Source of the DNA: Endomicrobiales bacterium | GTDB taxonomy: Bacteria; Elusimicrobiota; Endomicrobiia; Endomicrobiales; JALOBY01 | Direction: 5' to 3' | DNA length: 64,000 nt | NCBI GenBank assembly: GCA_963796955.1 | Contig: CAWCNJ010000004.1 | Span: forward strand, 224,001 to 288,000 | Part shown: one piece after another, positions 40,539 to 50,700 of the stretch | How the letters are laid out: every line of letters starts with the position of its first letter | Numbering within the stretch: position 1 is the first letter of the stretch | Made by a program: the position numbers and the translations under genes | Notes under the pieces: generated by a model | What the model was told of the DNA's origin: nothing | Database searches by the model: none | What the model saw: only the letters and a program-made list of their open reading frames with translations

Positions 40539-41141
40539 ATGACCAGAATTCTGGCAGTGATCACGGCATTGTGCATGTCGTTGTCATTTTCAGGGTGCGC
40601 TACCATGCTTTATATGAAAGGCAAGCCCACTGACTGGAAACTGGAAACTTGGGTAGAAACGGTTCCTTTAAAGTCCGGTACTCAGTATCTTAAAGCAAAC
40701 CTTATTACTACCCGGTCAGACAGGTATGTGTATGCCGCTAATGATATTGCCTTTATCGGAGCCTTGTTCATGGAATTTACACCGCTGGGCTTTGCCGCCC
40801 CTTTGTTTGGCTATCCGGATATCATCGATCAGGACATTGTCGGCGAACTGGCCGTAAAAATATCACGGCCTATTAACAGGGTCGAGGTGAGCGGTGGAAC
40901 ACAAAGGAGCGATTCGATATCCTTTGATTTTCCTACTAACGGCATTTCCAGCGGCGTGCACAGGGTTCGTATGAGCCTTGCCCAGGGGAAATCGACGGTG
41001 GTGGTGCCTGCCCAGGTTGATTTTAATGTTTTCTATGATAAAAAGAATTGTTCCTGCGAAGCCAACCCTCCGGTCGTTTCAGATGACGGTATGATACCCG
41101 TAAAAGTTGAAGTTCTGAATTCACAAGAATTTCACAAATAA
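40539..41141 (+). CDS. Putative lipoprotein
   Basis: MTRILAVITALCMSLSFSGC lipobox-type signal. Confidence 0.65.
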   Translation: MTRILAVITALCMSLSFSGCATMLYMKGKPTDWKLETWVETVPLKSGTQYLKANLITTRSDRYVYAANDIAFIGALFMEFTPLGFAAPLFGYPDIIDQDIVGELAVKISRPINRVEVSGGTQRSDSISFDFPTNGISSGVHRVRMSLAQGKSTVVVPAQVDFNVFYDKKNCSCEANPPVVSDDGMIPVKVEVLNSQEFHK

Positions 41142-41238
41142 TCATTGAATATCACACAACTATCTACTAATATATAGTGACAACCGACACTTACCCCCTG
41201 TAACTGCGATAACCCTGTTCATAAGGATCTGGCTGAAA

Positions 41239-41736
41239 ATGAAAAAGAGTATCATTTTCATTGTTCTCACATGTTTTTTTATGTCACAGTTACCTGTCTT
41301 TGCGCAACAGGCGGGTACGGTTTTTAAGCGCTCGTCCACGCTTTCTGCCCTATTCGATCCATTCTGTCTTGTAAATAATGCCTCGCAGGATGATGTTCCC
41401 TTAACCTCGCAATACCGTGTTCCTCCAAAATCCGGTCATGATCCGGTTGAAAATACCGCTCTGATCCAGGAATTCAGCTCGCTCGTTCGCATGACTTCTC
41501 AGGTAGGATCTGCTTATAATAGTTCGAAGTTTTGTCTATGGAATTTGTTCGCGCTTTCGGATCCATCACCCCCGAATACTCCATGGAGTGTAGATAATGG
41601 GGGATTATGTCTTATACTGCTAGCCTACATAGTGCTCCTTCACCGGAGTAATTTGCCCTGGCGTATCATGAACGCTCAGGCCTCAGTTAGTTATGTCCCG
41701 ACCCTACGACTTACTCAGGGCCGGGTTTTTTTATGA
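41239..41736 (+). CDS. Signal-peptide-bearing leader ORF directly upstream of the giant gene
   Basis: Signal peptide MKKSIIFIVLTCFFMSQLPVFA, late hydrophobic segment followed by HRSNLPW; stop overlaps the giant-gene ATG (ATGA). Confidence 0.6.
   Translation: MKKSIIFIVLTCFFMSQLPVFAQQAGTVFKRSSTLSALFDPFCLVNNASQDDVPLTSQYRVPPKSGHDPVENTALIQEFSSLVRMTSQVGSAYNSSKFCLWNLFALSDPSPPNTPWSVDNGGLCLILLAYIVLLHRSNLPWRIMNAQASVSYVPTLRLTQGRVFL
41697..41732 (+). terminator. Terminator-like hairpin plus U7 immediately before the giant-gene ATG
   Basis: CCCGACCCT-11 nt-AGGGCCGGG then TTTTTTT, ATG at 41733. Confidence 0.65.
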
Positions 41737-44700
41737 ATAAAATAATTTCCATTATCATCCTGGCTTGTTTTACTCTTACTTCGGTGGGCGGGCAAGCGCT
41801 GAATGCCGCCGCTGCCGAACTGCGCGCGCCGGCAGCTTCCAGGCCGATAGCGCCGCTTTTCGATGTGGTCATTCCGCAGGAATTTGGGCGTATCACAGAC
41901 GGCGCCCTGGCATCATCCGGACAAAAACAAATTGTTATCAATATTCAGGACCTGCATTGCAACCCGGAAGTACAGAGAAATATCTCCAGCATCCTTGAAC
42001 AGCTGGAAAAGCGATACGGGCTTTCCGCAGTTTATGTGGAAGGCGGTTACGGCAATATTGACACATCCTGGCTGTGCAACATGTCGAACGAGGCAACTAA
42101 GAAGAACATCGCTAATGCACTGGTAAGCGGCGGGCGGCTTACCGGAAGCGAATATTATTCGGTCACGGCCAACAAACCTCATTTGTTAAAAGGTCTGGAA
42201 GATGAAGCTGTCCATAAAGCAAACATCGTGCGGCTTGGCGAGATAATTAAACGAAAAGAAAGTGTCGGGCGTATATTAAAAGAAATGGAACATGAGCTTT
42301 CGTACATGGAAGCGAACGACTGCTGTCGCCAAAGCCGGAAATTCAACGAAACTGTGCAGCAGCATACCGCCGGCCGACTGTCGACCGAGAATTACTACCG
42401 GCTACTGCAGGGGTATGTCGAAAAAGTCTCCGGCAAACCAAAGAACTACCATGCTTTAGGAAACATTCGCATGGCAGACTTCCCAACATTAAAGGCATAC
42501 ATCGAACTTACGCACATTGCCAAGGACCTGAAGTACAAAAATATATCCCGTCAGCTGCGCCCTTTTATGCAGGTCGTAAAATCCAACATTTCGTTCATGG
42601 AATACAACGATCTTTCCGATAAAACCGATAACTTTTCAAGAACGAACGAGCTCTATTTTTATCTCGGCGCCATAGCTCAAAACCCTCGCATTGCGCAGCA
42701 GTGCCGGCCCCGCTACCCGGAGCTCTACACTTTTTTTGACTACACCGCCAGGAACAGACAGATAAACCCGCTAAGCCTCATCACAGAGGAAAAGCGTTTG
42801 ACCGAAGCATTACGCATAGCCTTCGCCCAAAACACCCCTGACCTGGAGGTTTCCTACCTCGCTGATTTCATGGTGTATTTTAAACAATACCTCTCCGGCA
42901 GTATAGCCGCCGACGATTATCAATATGTAAGCAGGCAGCTACCGGCATTCGTGAAAACATGGAAAGATCATTCGATCACCGGCCGCATCGACACCCTTTC
43001 AGATGACCTTGACCGGGTAAAAGAGTATTACGATACCAATTGCCGGCGAAATGAATGTTTCTTGACAAACGCGAACATCGCACGGAGCCCATGTTCATCA
43101 CTTGCCTGCATCCAGGATGTCCCTCCTGATGCATTGTCTCGTGCGTTGAAATCCTCACAACTTACCGTCATGGTTACCGGCGGCTTTCACTCTGAAGGAT
43201 TGAAAGCTCTGCTGCAAAACAAGGGCATAGCCTACATAACGATCACGCCCAATGTGACATTAGATACCGACCCCGCAAAGCAACTATACGAAATGCTCGC
43301 GCAACAGCAAGCTAAAACCTTCGCCAAACAATCCCTGGCCCTCGCCCTCGGCTCCACCAATGCCAAAGTCATTACCTCCGGCAACGACAAGTTCGTGGTA
43401 GAACTGAACGACGATCAGGTAACGTTGATAAGAAAAGGAGAGGGTTTTGTCATCTCCGGGTCATCGGTCCGCCGCGGCGGAAACTCAGCGCGCAGTTCTG
43501 CCGTAACGAGCGGCGTTAAAGAAGCCCTTGCCATCACGAATAAATTTCTCCACACAGAAAGCCTCATGTTAAACCCCGCTCTCAGTGCTGAACTTATTTA
43601 TCAGCTGGTAAAAACCTTCTCGCTCTGGTCCGCCCGTGAGGGGATCTACACCGGCAACGGGTTAATATGGTCCATTGCCACGGATCCTGCAGTGCAGGAT
43701 ATTATTAACACCAGGGAGGGAGTCACTCTCGAAGATTTGAACCAGCTCCCGGATATCATCCAGCGGCTCACAGCCGGCCATGCATCACAACCAACAATTG
43801 ATGCCCAGGTTGTTGTCTGTGCATTAGCGATATTACAAGAAAAAACTGCTCATGGGGCCACTGGGGTCGGGTCTCACAGCGAACAGAAAATTTCTTCGGC
43901 TGATAAGGGAGGTTCTTACGTAGACTTTAAAATTGGGTCACGTAAGTTCAGGATAATGCACGCGGACGGGGTAGTAAAAAGTAATTATTATGGGGACTTT
44001 ATGGTTGAAAGTGCCCCGATGATTGTTGAGGACCTTAAAAGAAGAGGAAACAAACTGAAACGGGTTTTTGAAGTGGGTTCCGGCAAAGGTGCAATGATAA
44101 CAGCTTTCGGGCTGCTTACCGGCGATGATACAAAACTGATAGGCATAGATATAAACGATAAGGCTGTCGCTTTAATTAAACAAAACGTCACGCTCAACGG
44201 TTTGGAAAACAAGGTAAAGGTTAAGAAAGGTAACGTAATAGATGACTGGGACACCGAGGGGCCGGTGGATCTGATTCTTGCGGACTTTCCTATGATCCCG
44301 GTTGACCCGGTAAAATACAAAAGCCAACTGGATGAACAGGCTTTTAAAGAGATTAACGGCGGCGCCGATGGAAGATATTATACGGATATGATAATTCGCA
44401 GGGCTTCGAGATATCTTGCAGATGATGGAGCAATTGCCATTGTCCAGCCGGATTTTAACGGAGTCGAAAAAACCTTGAAACTGCTCAACGAAAATGGTTT
44501 TGAAGCACATGTGATAGCTAAAAAAAAGCAGTACCTGGATGAAACCACTTTTACTAGAAATAACAAGGACTATATAGAAGGATTGGGTAACGATTATCGT
44601 TTTGCCACAGACGAAACTGGTCGATTGTACTTCAATATAGTAATAATTGAAGGCATAAAAATAAAAACTGGGGCATCTGGGGCCGGGACTCAATCGATAA

Positions 44701-47700
44701 GTGGGGCCAAGTCTCAACCGTTGATAGATAAAGATACAGGGGAGACCTTTAACTATAAGCCTCATCAGAAAGCTTTTAGTAGTATAAAAGTCGGTGGTCA
44801 TAAACCGAAGCTAAGCGGAACAGTGGTGTCTGTTCTGTATCCGTCAACGACAATAGATGGGATGAAGGTAAAAACTTTTAAAAGTGATGGTCCTTCCGGA
44901 AGCATGAGAATTGCACAAGGTGTATATGATTTCGCGATTTACGATGCTGATAGTGACGAATATTTGGTCAGCGATGGGTTCTGGCAAAATTTCCGGAATG
45001 CGGGTGAGCATGGCGCTTTGCTGCGTTTTGCAAGGAAGAAGCAACGGTGGGAGGCCGCTAATAAAGAAGCAGTTATAGGATACGGGGAACAACTTAAGTA
45101 TGAAATAGATGCGATCAGGCGCAGCAAAACAAATATTGATTCGTGGACCGACGATGAAAAAGGGCTGATTCCCGAGGCTGCTATGATGGAGAGATGTAGA
45201 CGTCTGCTTGGAAATTCTGTGGTAACCGCTACATCTGAAAACCGGAGCACGAATGCTAAACTCGTTGACATGCCACGCACCAGTAATGCTCAATTCGTTG
45301 CCGGTTTGCAACAACGTATATCGAATCGCACTTCATTAACCGTTAATGAAGGCGAAAAAATTATTCGTGAATTATTGGCATTGCGTACCGATAGCAGCGT
45401 ACGAAGGAATAAAATTGATCAACTTATAGAATCAGTTTTGAAGATCATGGTCCGTGAAGGTGAACAACAACCTCTTTTTGCTCCTATACCGTATGCACAC
45501 AAGATCGCATTTCGTGATGATCTTTTGGATAGGTTTGGATTGTTATTTGCGCTTATTTCAGAGACTGACAGCAATGGAACATACGCATGTAGCGGCTCAT
45601 TTATTAAAATGGTCATGGACAGGCCCTCTATTGATGGGAAAATACGTGTGCTGCTGACACTACGAAAAAAGGTGCTGAGCGGTGAGCTCCATAAGATTTC
45701 GGAAAGCATAAGTCTGATCCGTAGTCTGCGCGCGCTTGAGTCCGGCCGTCCCATTACAAGTATCTATCTTACTAGTATGATAGAACAGGTTTTAAAGGAT
45801 ACAGTCCGAGATGATGGGGTAAGGCTTTTTGCCGATGGACAAAGAACGGTAGCTACCGCGGGTTTATATGCAAACAAGATTGCTTTGCGCGGGGATGTTG
45901 ACAAAAGGATCGATCTGTTGTTTATGCTCATAAGTGAGCCGGATGGAAAAGGTGGTTATGAATTCAGCGATTCGTTCATTGATATCGCCATGAATGACGC
46001 TTCGCTGGACAGCAAGACACGTGCATTGTTGTCATTAAGGAAAAAGATCGCTAACAGCGGCTCGTTTGAGGTCTCTGAAAGCATGGGGTTGATCCGAGAA
46101 CTGCTTGCGCAGGTGTGCGAACGGCCAATTTCAAAAGTTTATCTTACCCCGCTTATCGAACAAGTTTTAAAGCGAACTGTCCGCAGTGATGGGGCAATGG
46201 TATTTTCTGCGGATATATACCCTCTCCACATAGCACGAAAAAAGGATTTATCGGACAAGATAGATATTCTGCACTACCTATTGAACGCAAGGGATGAGCA
46301 CGGCGTATATACTTATAATCAAAGTAAAATACTTCAAATGCTTAACAGGGATACTGCCGAGTTAAAAGATGCCATGACAAAACAAATTACATCATTTGCC
46401 ATGATCTCTCAATTGAAAAAAGAAGTTCAGAGCCGGGATACAATTGATGTGACGGCTGCCGAGAAGTACATTCGGCGCGCATTGTCGGTTGTTGACGGCA
46501 AAAGTATTGTTAGACCGAGGGTTACGCCAATATTAATGGAGATTCTGGACAGATTGGCGCGCGACGGTGAAAAAGTATTCGCCGGCAGCCGGTATTACAG
46601 CCGCCATCTCGCGGGTAACATTGAGTTGCAGAACTTAGACAACTTTGTACGGTTGGTCTCAGAAAAAAAGCGGGGAGGGGGGTATCAACAAGCCGAGGGA
46701 ACCAGCAAGTATACAGGTTCATACATATACAAGATAATGATGCATATTCCTGACGGCAGCAGGATCAATCAATTGCGGGACCTGGAGCAGGAGGCAACGG
46801 AGTCGGCAACATTAACTGTCGGCGAAGGGATGAACCTTGTTCGCCGTATTCTGGGTATGGTTGATGGGCGTAACATAAATCGTAAACAGGTCAGCCGGGT
46901 TTTAGAAACTATATTTGCGAAGATAGAACGTAATGAAGTCATGCTGCCTCGATACGCCAGGTTGCTAAGTGGAAAGTACGATATAGCGGATGTTCTAGAT
47001 GCTATTCAAACGATGTTGTCACTAAAGGACCTATCCGGACGTTATGTGTTCAGTAACTCCTTTATTACAACGAACTTAATAAAGGATGATATTGCTTTAA
47101 GGCAGGTCATTGCGGAGAGATATCATAAAACAATTACCGCTCAGCTGCAGCAGATAAGCGATATATCAGTCGAAAATGGTAATAGTGCGATCCATAGCCT
47201 TCTGCTATCAGTCGTTGGTACGATTATTAGTCGGGACCAGATTGAGCCATACGTTGAAAGTATTCTCTCAAAGATGATGCGTGATGGTCAGCGAATATTG
47301 CTTGCACAGAACAGCCAGGTCTTTGCACAAAGAGCCGATCTGTTGGATGTTCTTGATATATATGAAAAGATAGCCTCTGCGCGCGATGTAAATAATGAAT
47401 ATATATTTAGTAAGGATGAAATCAACGGCCTTCTTACTGAAAGACAGGGTTCTGCACCAGAAGATTTGAAACGAGAGTACTGTCAACGTGTGATCGCAGT
47501 TACAGAACGTCAGATCCCTACTCTGCACCCGGTTGATATGCAGCTGGGGATGCAGATTGTTTCTCAAATTGCAGACTCATATGAAATGTACCCACAGAAA
47601 TTTGAATGGGGACATCTCAAACTGGTGATAAAGGATATTCTTGCCCATATCACTCGGAACAATGAGCTCGTTTTTGTTGATGCTCAGCAGCTAAATGAAA

Positions 47701-50700
47701 TTGTAGGTAACCGTGGTTTCAGGAAAAAAATACCTTCTCTCATGGCACAATTATCTGATAAGACGGGAAACGAATATAGCTACTCCGCCACGGAAATATG
47801 GGCAAACCTATTCGCGAGAAAAGGTCATGTACCATCCATGGTATCTCTGGACGCGCAGCGGGGCGAGTATGGCGATTATACTATGTACGATCGGGTGCAT
47901 GAATCAGATGAAATATCGATGGAGGACAGCGCGGCCCTTGCGGAAGCGGTACTCGTTTTTGCCCGTCAGAGAGGAGTGAACCCCTATGAACCAGATCAAC
48001 TGGCAAAATTGCTAGATGATTTGATTCAAGAAGGCACAATTACTGATCGATCCGTCCGTAAAGGGAATCAATCCCTGGGAGTCGTCATAAAAACATCACT
48101 AGATCTTACTCTTGCCGAAGATGGTGTAAAGCAGTTAGTCGCTGGTAATGTACAGAAAGCGGCAACGTTGATAGCTCAAGCGATAGCGAAGAAAAATCCG
48201 TTCGTGCCGTTTGCGGAGCGGACGGTGTTGAACAATGATCCCAAGATCGCGCCGAAGCTTGAGGCACTGAAAGCCAGATTGCGTCAGATGCCGGAGTTCC
48301 CGCAGAAGATGATCGATAAGATCCGGGTGTATGACCGCGCCGGGCCGGATAAGCCCTGGATGTTGACGGCGGAAGGCAGTATCGGCTTTGCCACTGTTGA
48401 GCTCGGCGGTAATGACGGCGAAACCATTACCAGCATTCCCATATCCGCCGGCCTGCTGGATGAGAACCTGTTCAGCCTGGACGAACAAGCAACCGCTATC
48501 ATGCATGAACCGTTCGCCCTTAATTGGCGCAAGCTTAATCGGATGGGCGGAAAACTGCCTGCTACTGATGAAGGGTATCATCTCTATTTAAAAGCTAAGG
48601 TCAATTCCGGCATAGCGACCGATGATGAAAAACGTGAAGCAGCGCTGCTTGCGAAAGTAGATCCGCTGCTGCACGAGGTTGTCAACAATCTTCCGTTCGA
48701 GCTTACCGGGGAGATCACCGAATTTTTCCCCGGGATTCAGCTTGCGGGACACGTGGCTCTCAATGATATTCTAGGACTTCAAACCCAGGCCAAAAGGGCC
48801 GCAAGATTTAACGGTCTTTCTGTTACCGGGGAAAATACAAGAAAAGCAAAACAGGTGATCTCTGCCGCTATAGGCGGTTTTAAAGGCAGTGGCAGATTCT
48901 CGTTCATTATGATCGGCAGCGGCGGCCGCGGTGAGATGTGTTACAAATCCGATATTGATTACATATTGCTTCATGATGATAAAATGACACCCAAAGAATT
49001 AGAGGAAATAGCCTCGCGTGCCGGGGCGGCTGTGAAAAAAGCCGGATTTAACCCGGTTTCGGCTTTTAAGGTGGGCACCATCAGCACCATAATGGATAAC
49101 GCTGAGATCAGCAATATAGATAAATGGGTAATGTATGATATGGCATACGTTTGCGGGGATCAGGAGTTGTACGGTGATCTAGAGTCATCTTTTAAGGCAT
49201 CCCTCGCGAATAAAACACAGGATGACCGGGACAGGTTCGCGCTCAAATGGTATTTGCTGGAAAAAAGACTGCAGAATTTACATAGCGACGATCCTGCACA
49301 GCCCAACGTCAAAAATAGCAAGGGTTCCCTGAAAGATATTCAGCATATAGAACTTATGGCAAAAATGCTCTACGGCATTAGCGGCACTGATATAACGGAG
49401 ATCGCTTCAGGCATGGTCGACAAAGGCGTTTTAACCCTGGCTGAAGCTGATTCTCTTGTCGGATCCGCAAAATATATTTTTGCGGTTAGAAATCAGCTGC
49501 ATCTGCTTGCAGATGAGGAGGCCGATGTTTTAACTGAGCCGGTTCAAAAGCAGTTAGCCCAGATATTCGGATACGTGAACGGCGCCGATTTTTTAGGTGA
49601 ATACAAAGTAAAGGCCGGCGCGTTATATGAAATTGCTGAAAAATTAAGGAATAGCATGATCAAGGAAGTGGGGGAACGCAGGGGCCATTCCTGGGCAGGT
49701 ATGTTAAATATGGCGCTGCAGCCCGGGCAATCCAGAGAGAATTATTCGAGTCTGCTTGCTAACGGAGACGATATAATCTGGCTGGCTATTGCCTGTAATT
49801 GCAAGCATGGCGATGTTCTTGAACAACTTTTAGAGCGAATAATGGCCGGGAAACTGGATTGGAGTCTCCTGTTCGGTTTAGCAAAGTCTCCGAATTCAAC
49901 GCCGGCGATATTCAAACGGTTGCTCGAGTTCAAAGACAAAGGCAACGGTTACCGGATGGTCGTGCGGGATGTCGGTTTGAACCGGTCTACCCCGGTGGAA
50001 ATGTTGCTGACCATCACAAAAGAAAACGGGTATGATTATATGGCGGTAGATTTTGCCGAGGCGAACTTAAAGGCACGACCCCAGGAAAGAAATGCCTTTC
50101 TTGAAAAAGAATATCAGCTGGCGATGGTTGAACCGCTGGCTAAAGCACGGGCGCTTGGGAAAGCGGATATCGTAATAGGTATACCGTACTACATGGAGCA
50201 AGACACTATAGAGAATGTATTCCGTAAAATACTGGATGGCCTGAACAGGGATTATCCCGGTAAAAAATGCGTTATTTTGTGCGCCGGGAACCCGGATAAC
50301 CAGCGTACACGGGACATACAGGCTTTGATAAACAAGATCGGTCTTAAGGGGCAGACCCAGGCGATCGCTTATCTGGTGCCTATAGCGGGGAAGGGCATGG
50401 CCTTAAGGTCAATGATGGAGATGGCTGAAACCATGGATAGCGATGTCTGTGGTTTTATCGATGCTGATGAACGTGCCATAACAGAAGATTGGGCGCCCAG
50501 TTTGGCCGCGCCCGTGCTTTCGGGACAGTATGATTATGTGTCGCCCCGGTATACGCGCCACCACCACACGGCAACTATAACTAATCATTTCGGGTTTCCT
50601 CTCGTCAGCACGGTATACGGCAAGCAAGTGCGCCAGCCCATGGGCGGTGAATTTGCGATGTCAAAGGAAATGATAAAGGTTTTCCTGAAAGATCCCGACA

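Noticed and set aside
39533..41141. Aldolase and lipoprotein as parts of the giant-gene system
   Set aside because: Only adjacency supports this; a ~100 bp gap with a possible promoter separates them, and synteny data would be needed.
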